Below are positions 1 through 10,745 of a DNA stretch of 64,000 nt, one piece after another. This stretch comes from Eledone cirrhosa. Lineage: Eukaryota. The translations under genes were made by a program, and so were the position numbers. Each line of letters begins with the position of its first letter. Within the stretch, counting starts at the first letter, position 1. The notes under the pieces are model-generated. The model saw only the letters and a program-made list of their open reading frames with translations. It made no database searches and was not told the DNA's origin. Where the stretch lies: assembly GCA_964016885.1 (NCBI GenBank), contig OZ024740.1:165230001-165294000 (forward strand), read 5' to 3'.

Positions 1-163
1 CATTTCTGCGTGTAAAAAAACAGAGGTTGAAATAAAATAACAAAGAAAAATTCCCCAATAGGGGGGAGACTTCCGAGGGACATTTGTGGAGAAAGCCCAT
101 TAAAAGACCACAGTGACCCTGACCACCAGGGCAAGTGCCCTCTCCCAGTTTTCCACCTTTAAT

Positions 164-3100
164 TTACAGACACATACTCAGAGAAGGCCCATTCATTCGG
201 GCCATACTTGCTTCTCTCACCCATCTTTCAACAAAATGCTGGGAAGAGAGCACTTCCCTCTCTACCCTGATTTTCCTTTTCAAATGAAATTTGAAAAAGT
301 TAATCAGGGCATCACCGAAGAGGTAAGTGCTCGTCTTCAGCCCTTTCAAACGTGTCCACCATACTATCTCTTTCGCCATGGCCACCAGACAGATAAAAAC
401 TGCCTGCCCTTCCAGGCTAAAGGAAGGGGGCGGGGCAATCCTCACGATGGACTCAGCTGATAGCCGGATAGGTCCTACACGTGACAGCAGGTGTTCGACA
501 TAAACCTACAAGTCAGCAATGCTCGGACACTGGACGAGTGCGTGCAGGACGGTTTCGTCGCCCTGCGCGCATCTCGGACATGCCCGGCTGACGGCACCTC
601 CATGCCTGTAGAGTTTATCCCGAACTGGCAAAGCTCCTCGGTAGCACTGCCAGGCCAGGGATTTCTGGAAGTTGTCCATAGGCCCCGGCCCGAAAGTCCT
701 TCCGAAGAGATTGGCCAGTTGATTTTCGTCGACGCCTAGAGTTTCCCCAAGTACGTCGTCGCTCTTCCCCTCCACTAATCCCCTATAGAACGCCAAGGTG
801 GAGTTTCCACCGATCACATTGCCCGATTGGTCGAGGGCTGTGAGCGCCTGAAGACATTCCAGTCTCCAAGCGCTCCCTCTCGGTCTTCGCTTGACCCAGG
901 ACTGCAGCTCCGTCAAGGAGACGAGCTGGGGAAAAACGTGTCTTGCAAACGGCGACCACACCTGATCACCGTCGAGGAAGAGGTGGAGATGTCGTAGCCT
1001 GAGCGCGTGTCTGCGCATCATCAGCCACGGCATGCCCAGCCCTCCACGTAGCGGGTGTTGACAGCAGATGGACCGCCTGACCATCGGAGCGCGTCCCTTC
1101 CACAAGAAGCGAAAGAGCAAACGCTCCAGCGCAGTCAGGCGGGGCTTAGGACAAGGTACGACGGTCAGGCGGTAGTAGATGACGGATGCGATGTACGCAT
1201 TCTCCACCTCCGCTCGACCTTTCAGGGATAGCTTCCTCTCGGCCCATTTCTGGGTGAGAGAAGCCACCCTGCTCGTCACCTCGTCCCAGTTTTTGTCCGT
1301 CTGGAGGTCTGGACCGAACCAGACCCCTAGCAATTTAACCGGTCCGTCCGTCCAGCGCCCGACGACGCTGTTGGACGGCATGGACCTGCCTCTCCAGGTG
1401 CCGAGCTGCAGGCCCACTGACTTTTCCTGGTTGATCATTGCTCCTGTCACCGCTTCGTATTCTCTTAGTGTAGTGCCGATCGCCTCGATGTGTTTGGCGT
1501 TCGACACCACTACGGTGACATCGCCGGCATATGCTGACACGGATCTTCCGCATCCTAGTTCGCGCGGGACCCCCCTCAACGTCTCCAGTTTGTGCAGTAA
1601 TGGCTCGAGAGTCAATACGTACAATAGGGACGAGAGGGGACATCCTTGGCGGACCGAGCACATGATGTTGAACGGTTCCGAAAGGTGACCGTTCACTCTC
1701 ACTACAGAGCAGATGTCGCTGTGCATGGCAGCGATCCAGCCTCTGAAGACGGGCCCAAAGCCAGCCGCCCTCAGGACTGCCGCTAGGTAACGATGGTCGA
1801 ACCTATCGAAGGCTTTCGACTGATCTAAATTGATCAAAGACCCACCCGTGCCAGGTTCCCTAGCTACCCTCTCTACGATGTATCGCATGAGGTGGAGGTT
1901 GTCGTGGATGGATCTGTCGGGAATGGCGCATGTCTGTGCCTCTCCCACCAGACCACCAACGACAAGCGCCAACCTCTTTGCTAGCACCTTGGCCAAAATC
2001 TTGAACTCTGTGTTTAGCAGAGTTATGGGCCTAAAATTATCTATGTTATCCCTCTTGTTCGGATCCTTTCTCAGCAGCGCCACCGCTCCTCGGCTCACAG
2101 AGCTGGGAATTCTCCCGTTCTGTTGCCAGTTGCAGTAGACGTCCGCCAAGAGGCCTCCGAACAAGTTTGGCATTTGTACGTAAAGTTCATAGGGCAGACC
2201 ATCCAAACCAGGCGATTTACCCCTTGTGCAACTAGTCATTGCATCCCGTACTTCAGCGGTTGTTATCGGCTTTTCGCAACACTCCGCCTCAGTGGCCGAA
2301 AGCCGCGGCAGTCAGTCGAGGTAGACACTAAAGTCCATCCCTCGATCCGGCCCGCCACTACCCCCGAACAGTTGAGCGAAGTGTCGCTGAAAAGCTTCAC
2401 ACATTTGCCCGGGATCGAGTAGCATGCGCCAGTCGTGGTCCACCAAAGACCGGATCGTGGCTTTGTTGCCACGACGCGCCTCCGCCACTCGGGCCCATTG
2501 AACGGCTTTCGTCCCCTCGTGTCTGAGAGCACGCACCCTAGCTCTGACAACGCAGCCTTCGTGCTTTGCATTGAAGAATTGGTCAAGGGCCAATTTCGCC
2601 GCAAATACGTCGGTCGCGATGCCTTTGCTAAGCGCCTCATCTAATTTTCTAACTAATCCTCCCTCTGCTCTATTTTTCTCTATTGCTAAAGTCTTACTAA
2701 ACCTAATGGACTCTATTCTAATTGCTCTTTTCAGAGCAAACCACCACTTGTTGTTGACGATGGCCCCCGTCAACGCCCGCTTAACTAGTTCGCTAATCCG
2801 GTCTCTGTAGGCCTTGCGCGCTGGTAAGGACGCGTTTAGCTTCCAGTAGCCGGGTCCTTGTCTATGAAGCCTATCTAAGTCAAGCACACAGATCACGAAT
2901 TTGGGGTCCGTGTAGCTGACTATCTTGAATTGTGGACAGCCTATGCTAGACCTATATATTTCCCTACAAAATACTCTATCTAGATATGATCTGGATGACC
3001 CTATGCGATTTGTCCAAGTCCACATTGGTACATTCGGGAAATCCATTCGGTACCTGTCAGACAGTTCAAAACGTCTGAGCAGGTTGGTGAGACTCTTGCA

Positions 3101-3583
3101 CCCTCCTTCCCTATCCACTAATCCCACACAATCCCAGCGTGCATCTAAGATCCCGTTCCAGTCGCCCACTAACACTAAAGAGCGGGAAGTTCCAAGAAAA
3201 GTCTCCAGACGCCGGAAGAAATCCGGCCGCCCTGCTCCTGTCGGGGCATAGACGGCCACTAACCTGAAAGCTTGCCCGTCTCCGCTGGTCACGTCCAGCA
3301 CCACCAACTTACCTTCTGGGTCCAGGAAGATGGCCCGTATGGCAAGATCCAAACCTCTCCGAAAAAGCACAGCAACTCCTCCTCCCGATCCCGGACGGCT
3401 GGGAGATGCGTACACATCGTAGCCGCCGAAGATCGGTGCGAAAGCCTGTGCTTCGGAGATTCTGGCCTCGCTGATGGCCACTACATCTATGTTTAGTGAC
3501 CTGAGGTCGTTGAGCAGGTGGCCCTGCTTCCATGACGACCCCAAGCCACGCGCATTTATGCTGCCTATTCTGAGTGAGGTCAT
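164..3583 (-). pseudogene. ORF2 of Tx1-like copy 1: APE endonuclease + reverse transcriptase + CCHC; no frameshift but two in-frame stops (2312, 506)
   Basis: ORFs 2312-3583, 506-2239 and 164-445 are in one frame. Motifs: SINARGL, ISE, VYAP, GDWN, SYLDR, KSPGLDG, FRPITLLN, DQSKAFD, VRQGCPLS, CPRC..ETVLHALVQC. YADD is mutated to YAGD and the APE 'TDH' to TDP. Confidence 0.92.
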
Positions 3584-3617
3584 GTTGAAAAGGTGTGGAA
3601 AAGATGGGAAAGACCAC

Positions 3618-5584
3618 TTACCTTACTTCTCGTAGGGGAAGGACGGCTTTTCCATCCTTTTCACTGCTTGTGGCCTCCTCAGGAAGGATGTCCTTATAAA
3701 TCCTCCTGGAGAGTGCTTGTCGGAAGTCTCCGATGTCTTTGGGGAATTTTTGTTTTAGTGTCATGTACGTTTTCTGTGTGATGCGAGTGATTTGTATGTG
3801 TGAAGGTGGTGTGAATTTTGGGGTTGTTGTGTAGTCTTTTTCTGTGATGCTGGTGTTGTGTTGGATGTAGTGTAATAATTGCTTGTTGTTCAAATTTAAT
3901 GCTGTGTAGTGTGTATCGTTTTGGTTGTTTTGTTTTGTTTGCGTTTGTTGTGGGTTTGTTTCTGTTTCGCATTTTGGTGACTTTTGTGGTGTAGGTGATG
4001 GTGGTGTTGGAGTTAATGATGGTGATGGTGTTGGTGTTTGGGTTGATGGGGTTGGTGATGCTGGTGTGGATGGTGGCATATCTGTCCTAACTTTTTTGTT
4101 TCTTAGTTTATTTGTTTCCCTCTGTATTTTGTTTTTGGAGGGGGAAGGAAGAGAATTTTTTCTTTTTTGGTTTCTTTTTTTTTTCCGGATATCGTTTCCC
4201 ACTCCTCGTCGTCACAATCTGTCTCCAGTTGTGATAGGCCGGGGAGTGGAAAATCCTCCACAGCCGTTAGTTTTGGTTGTGGTGTGGTGGATGGTGTAGG
4301 CGCTGGTGCTAGTTCTGAAGCGTTGGGTGGTGGTGGTGTTGGTTTTGCTACTGTTGCTGGGGTTGTTGCTGTTATAGTTGCTTCTGTTGTTGCTGCTACA
4401 GTTGTTGCTGCCATCTCTGCTACTGGTGGTGTTGATGGTTGTGTCACTGGGGTGGGTAGGAGAGGTGGCCTCAACCTTTTAGCCTGAGGGCAGAAAGCCC
4501 TTAGGTGGGTTCCTTCACCACAAACGACACACCTAGGTCTTCTGCCCTCGACAATTACCGTGAGGTGGCTGCCGTCAGTGAGGTCTATTACCTCTGGGAT
4601 CTCCTCAATGCTTTTTTGGTCCGCTTGGATCAGGAGCTCCATCCCAGATCCGGACCAGTTTTCCTGCTTTTCTTTTGCTACTGCTATTATTTTCGTGTTG
4701 GCTTCGATGCCGGCGAGGACAGCCGCTATTAGCCAGGGAATTTCGATGGCCGGTGGAACGTGGGTCACCCTGATCTTTACGAGACTCTGGCCACAATAGC
4801 TTGGGACGAGTGTGAGGTCGTCACTTTTTAATGGGGCCATGGAGTGTTCTCTAGCCTCCTCTGGTGTTTCAAAGAACACATCCACGGTTCCATACTTTTG
4901 CCCACGTCTGATGTGGGTTTTTCCTGCCACACATGTCCCAAAGCTTTTTGGATTTGGGACTCGGATGCCCGTTCCACTCGGCGCGATTTTACATTTATTG
5001 TTCTATACGACACGGTGCACAGGCGCCGATGCTCCATTTTATTAGGTGGGGGGGGGGTGAGGCTGACCCTGTACCCATCTTTCTTTACCATTTGTTTGGC
5101 ATTTTCTAAATCTTCTTGAGTTACCGTGAACGCTTCGAATTATTTTGCTACGATGGCGAAACTGAGGGTCGGTTTTATAATGTCATTGTTGTTGTTGTTG
5201 CTATCGTTATTTGTGTTAATATTAATTTTAGTTTCAGTTGTGGTGGTAGTGACGTCAGTCGTCTTTGGTGTGGAAGAGTCCATTTTGCTTAATTTCAATT
5301 CGACATCACGAGTTAATTTATTTTTTCTTCTTTTGTTTCTGTTGTCGCGGTGGTGGTGGGGGTGGTGGTTGTCGCGGTGGTTGTGGTGGTGGAGGCTTTA
5401 ACACCTGCAGTCATTGGTAATGGCGGGAAATGAATGTCTGCCTGAGACAAATTTAAAATATTGCTACTGCTTATATTTTTTTTGTGTTGGCAAACGTAGT
5501 AACATTTACAATGGTGGTGTCGGTGTGAGGTGTTATTTTGTGAGGAAGGCTTTCAGCTGCTTCGTGCAGAGGGGAATTAGCCAT
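3618..5584 (-). pseudogene. ORF1 (gag-like RNA-binding protein with CCHC zinc knuckle and Pro/Thr-rich region), frameshifted
   Basis: Pieces 5471-5584 (MANSPLH..), 4828-5091, 4103-4930 (CVVCGEGTHLRAFC) and 3618-4202; homologous pieces occur in copies 4 and 5. Confidence 0.82.
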
Positions 5585-5791
5585 TTTTTTCAAAGAAATT
5601 TTTGGATAATAATAAAAGTTAAAATTTTGGGCACAAGGCCCCAATCTTTTTGGGTGTCCTTTTCGGAAAACAATGTATGTGTGCTTATAAACAGTTAACA
5701 ATAATATTTTCCATAAATGGCAATTTTTAACAAACGGAAATAACAAACCTTTGCGGAGCTCACGATGATACGATTTACTACGTAGGTCGCC

Positions 5792-5815
5792 AATAATAAT
5801 AATAATAATAATAAT
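5792..5815. repeat. (AAT)n spacer between Tx1 copy 1 5' end and copy 2 3' end
   Basis: Pure AAT run read directly. Confidence 0.95.
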
Positions 5816-6405
5816 ACTTTCTTTATTAACCACAAGGGTTTACATAAAGTAGACATTAAGGATATTACAGGACAATACAGGACGGTACAAATGGACATTT
5901 CTGCGTGTAAAAAAAACATGATGTAATAAAAAAAATAACAATGAAAAATTCCCCAATAGGGGGGAGACTTCCGAGGGTCATTTCTGGAGAAAGCCCATTA
6001 AAAGGCAACAGTGACCCTGACCACCAGGGCAAGTGCCCTCTCCCAGTTTTCCATCTTTAATTTACAGACACATACTCAGAGTACGGGCCATACTTGCTTC
6101 TATTACCCATCTTTCAACAAAATGCTGGGAAGAGAGCACTCACTCTCTACCCTGATTTTCCTTTTCAAATGAAATTTGAAAAAGTTAATCAGGGCATCAC
6201 CGAAGAGGTAAGTGCTCGTTTTCAGCCCTTTCAAACGTGTCCACCATTTCGCCATGGCCACCATACAGATAAAAACTGCCTGCCCTTCCCGGCTAAAGGA
6301 AGAGGGCGGGGCAATGCTCACGATGGACTCAGCTGATAGCTGGATCCGTCCTACACGTGACAGCAGGTGTTCGACATAAACCCACAAGTCAGTAATGCTC
6401 GGACA
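5816..6405 (-). mobile_element. Tx1-like copy 2, 5'-truncated (ORF2 C-terminus + 3' UTR only)
   Basis: 5896-6405 matches 1-528 with small deletions. It ends in AATAAAGAAAG + (TAT)n on the minus strand. Confidence 0.88.
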
Positions 6406-9400
6406 AGGGTTGATATCAAGAAAAACATGGCAGACGGTACAGGACGGTACAGGACGGTACGAAGTGGGTTTTGTGCGTGTACAAATCACCACCCTTACCA
6501 TCTACCCCATCGTCACCTCCAACAACACGACAGCAAACACAGAAAACACCAAACCCAAACAGTAGACACAATACACAGCCATAGACACAGACGACACAAA
6601 GCTTTTAAATTACATTCAACACCAGACCAACATCACAGAAACAAACTACGTACAAACCACAAAGATTGCACCCCCACACACATAAAATAATAGAAATTAC
6701 ACAAAAAAATTACATAACATTAAACAAATGTTCCCCACATCAATTGGAGACTACCGAGGGAACATCACCAACAGAATATTAATGAATATTCTCGTGGAGA
6801 AACCCACCAATGGTCGGAGGAATGGATCACCGACCCCTTCCTAAAGAAGCGCCACAGGTAATTTTTTGTACCTCTCTCCTCTCACTTGTTTTCCTCCTAT
6901 CATAGACAACATGGCTACTCTCAGAATAGGTAGCATAAATGTACGTGGCCTGAGGTCACCTTGGAAGCAGGGGCACCAGCTGAACGATCTCAGGTCGCTA
7001 AACATAGATGTGGTGGCCATCAGCGAGACCAGAATCTCCGAGGCACGGACCTTCGCACCGATCATCGGCGTCTACGATATGTACGCATCTCCCAGCCGTT
7101 CTGCATCGGGGGCAGGAGTTGCTGTGCTTTTTCGGAGAGGTTTGGATTTCGCCATACGGACCATCTTCCTGGACCCAGAAGGTAAGTTGGTGGTGCTAGA
7201 CGTGACCGGCGGAGACGGGCAAGCTTTCAGGCTAGTGGCCGTCTATGCCCCGACAGGAGCAGGGCGGCCGGATTTCTTCCGGCGTCTGGAGACCTTTCTT
7301 GGAACGTCCCGCTCTTTAGTGTTAGTGGGCGACTGGAACGTGATCTTAGATACACGCTGGGATTTGTGGGATTAGCAGATAGGGGAGGAGGGTGCAAGAG
7401 CTTCACCAACCTGCTCAGGCGTTTTGAACTGTCTGACAGGTACCAATTGGATTTCCCGAATGTGCCAATGTGGACTTGGACAAACGACGTCGGGTCATCT
7501 AGATCATATCTAGATAGAGTATTTTGTAGGGAAATAGATAGGTCTAGCATAGGCTGGCCACAATTCAAGATAGTCAGCTACACGGACCACAAATTCCTGA
7601 TCTGTGTGGTTGACTTAGATAGGCTTCATAGACGAGGACCCGGCTACTGAAAACTAAACGCGTCATTACCAGCCGACAAGGCCTACAGAGACCGGATTAG
7701 CAAACTAGTTAAGCGGGCGTTGACGGGGGCCATCGTTAACAACAAGTGGTGGTTTGCCCTGAAAAGAGCGATTAAAACAGAGTCGATTACGTTTAGTAAG
7801 ACTTTAGCAATAGAGAAAAATAGAGCAGAGGGAGAATTAGTTAGAAAATTAGACGAGGCGCTTAGCAAAGGCATCGTGACCGACGTACTTGCGGCGAAAT
7901 TGGCTCTTGACCAATTCTTCAATGCAAAGTACGAAGGCTGCGTTGTCAGAGCTGGGGTGCGTGCTGTCAGACACGAGGGGACGAAAGCCGTTCAATGGGC
8001 CCGAGTGGCGGAGGCGCGTCATGGCAACAAAGTCACGATCCGGTCTTTGGTGGACCACGACAGGCGCATGCTACTCAATCCCGGGAAAATGTGTGAATCT
8101 TTTCAGCGACACTTCGCTCAGCTGCTCCGGGGCAGTGGCGGGCCGGATCGAGGGATGGACTTTAGTGTCTACCTCGACTGACTGCCGCGGCTCTCGGCCA
8201 CTGAGGCGGAGTGTTGCGAAAAGCCGATAACAGCAGCTGAAGTATGGGAGGCAATGACTGGCTGCAAAAGAGGTAAATCGCCTGGTTTTGATGGTCTGCC
8301 CTATGAACTTTACGTACAGATGCCAGACTTGTTCGGAGACCCCTTGGCAGACGTCTACTGCAACTGGCAACATCACGGGAGAATTCCCAGTTCTGTGAGC
8401 GTAGGAGCGGTGGCGCTGCTGAAAAAGGATCCGAACAAGGGGGATACTATAGATAATTTCAGGCCCATAACTCTTCTAAACACAGAGTTCAATATTTTGG
8501 CCAAGGTGCTAACAAAAGTGGTTGGCGCTTGTCGTTGGTGGTCTGGTAGTAAGGCGCAGACATGGGCCATTCCGGACAGATCCATCCACGACAACCTCCA
8601 CCTTATGCGATATATCGTGCAGCGAGTAGCTAGGGAACCTGGCACGGGTGGGTCTTTGATCAATTTAGATTAGTCGAAAGCTTTCGATAGGGTCGACCAT
8701 CGTTATATGGCGGCAGTCCTGATGGCGGCTGGCTTTGGGTCCGTCTTCAGAGGCTGGATTGCTGGAATGCACAACGACAACTGCTCTGTGGTGAGAGTGA
8801 ACGGTCACCATTCGGAACCGTTCAATATCATGCGCTCGGTCCACCAAGTATGTCCCCTCTCGTCCCGCTTGTACGTATTGACTCTCGAGCCATTACTGCA
8901 CAAACTGGAGACGTTGAAGGGGGCCCCGCGCGAACTAGGATGCAGAAGAACCGTGTCAGCATATGCGGACGATGTCACCGCAGTGGTGTCGAACGCCAAA
9001 TACATCGAAGCGATCGGCACTACAGTACGAGAATACGAAGCAATGATCAACCAGGAAAAGTCGGTGGGCCTGCAGCTCGGCACCTGGAGAGCAGGTCCAT
9101 GCCGTTCAACGGCTAGCCGGGCGCTGGACAGACGGACCAGTTAAATTGTTAGGGGTCTGGTTCGGTCCGGACCTCCAGACGGACAAAAACTGGGAGGAGG
9201 TGACGAGCAGGGTGGCTTCTCTCACCCAGAAATGGGTAAAGTGGAAGCTATCCCTGAAAGGTAGAGTGGAGGTAGCTAACGCCTACATCTCGTCCGTCAT
9301 CTACTACCGCCTCACGGTCATGCGTTGTCCTAAGCCTCGCCTGACTGTGTTAGAGCGTATCTCTTTCGTTTTTTGTGGAAGGGACGCGCTCCGATGGTCA

Positions 9401-10546
9401 GGTGGTCCATCTGCTGTCAACACCCGCTACGTGGAGGGCTGGGCATGCCGTGGCTAATGATGCGCAGACACGCGCTCAGGCTAAGACATCTCCACCTCTT
9501 CCTCGACGGTGATCAGGTGTGGTGGCCTTTGTTAGACGCGTCTTTCCCCAGCTCATCTCCTTGACGGAGCTGCAGTCCTAGGTCAAGCGAAGACCGAGAG
9601 GGAACGCTTGGAGACTGGAATGTCTTCAGGCCCTCACAGCCCTCTACCAATCGGTCAATGTGATCCGTGGAAACTCCACCTTGGCGTTCTATAGACGATT
9701 AGTGGAGGGGAAGAGCGACGACGTACTTGGGGAAACTCTAGGCGTCGACGAAAATCAACTAGCCAATCTCTTTGGAAGAACCTTCGGGCCGGGGCCTATG
9801 GACAATTTCCAGAAATCCCTGGCCTGGCAGTGCTACCGAGGAGCTTTGCCAGTTCGGGATAAACTCTACAGGCATGGAGGTGTATATCCGAGTGGCGCGC
9901 AGGGCGACGAAACCGTCCTGCATGCACTCGTCCAGTGTCCGAGCATTGCTGACTTGTGGTTTTATGTCGAACACCTGCTGTCGCGTGTAGAATGGATCCG
10001 ACTATCAGCTGAGTCCATCGTGAGGATTGCACGCCCTCTCCTTTAGCCGGAAAGGGCAGGCAGTTTTTATCTGTCTGGTGCCAGATAGTATGGTGGACGC
10101 GTCTGACGGCTGAAGACGAGCACTTACCTCTTCGGTGATGCCCTGATTAACTTTTCCCAATTTCATTTGAAAAGGAATATCATGGTAGAGGGGGAGGTGC
10201 TCTCTTCCCAGCTTTTTGTTGAAAGATAGGTGAGAGAGGCAAGAATGGCCCGCATGAATGGACCTACTCTGAGTATATGCCTGTAAATTGAAGGTGGAAA
10301 ACTGGGAGAGGACAATTGCCCTGGTGGTCTGGGTCACCGTGGCTTTTTTCTAATGGGGTTTCTCCACGATGCGCCTCGGAAGTCTCCCCCTCTATTGGGG
10401 ATTTTTTCATTGTTCTCTTATTACATCCTCTTTTTTTTTTGTTTTTTACACGCAGAAATGCCCATTTGTACCGTCCTGTATTGTCTTGTACTGTCTGTAA
10501 TGTCTACTTTATGTAAACCTTTGTGGTTAATAAAGAAAGCATTATT
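6406..10546 (+). mobile_element. Tx1-like copy 3, 5'-truncated within ORF1, inverted relative to its neighbours
   Basis: ORF1 C-terminal remnant (..TLKQMFPTSIGDYRGNITNRILMNILVEKP..), ORF2 from ATG 6911, and a 3' UTR ending GGTTAATAAAGAAAGCATTATT. Confidence 0.9.
6911..10286 (+). pseudogene. ORF2 of Tx1-like copy 3 (APE + RT with YADD + degenerate CCHC), multiple frameshifts and stops
   Basis: ORF fragments 6866-7375, 7366-7650, 7720-8181, 8254-8673, 8707-9144 (SAYADD), 9146-9457, 9373-9564 and 9660-10046. Confidence 0.9.
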
Positions 10547-10745
10547 TATATAAGAAACGAAAAAGAAAAAAGACATAGAAACATATATATATATATAAAC
10601 AATAAAAAAGAACATTCAAACAATGAAAAATTCTCCAATAGGGGGAAACGTCCGAGAGTTACTCGTGGCGAAAACCACACAAAAGACCACAGCCACCCTG
10701 ACCACCAGGGCAAGCGCCCTCTCTCAAATGTTTCCATTTCTCAAA

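Larger units (their letters stand above)
1..5791 (-). mobile_element. Tx1-like (L1 clade) non-LTR retrotransposon, copy 1, near full length; last part of the 3' UTR runs off the window start
   Basis: The 5' end GGCGACCTACGTAG abuts (AAT)n at 5792. It has a 5' UTR, ORF1, a short spacer, ORF2 and a 3' UTR, and is highly similar to copy 5 (16479-22319). Confidence 0.9.

Noticed and set aside
113-3251. Antisense ORFs recurring in every Tx1 copy (e.g. 113-460, 1179-1688)
   Set aside because: Expected shadows of a GC-rich ORF2; starts and stops are not conserved between copies.
5816-10546. Copies 2 and 3 as one element with terminal inverted repeats or a twin-primed insertion
   Set aside because: Both carry their own 3' end with different private deletions; two insertions is the simpler explanation.
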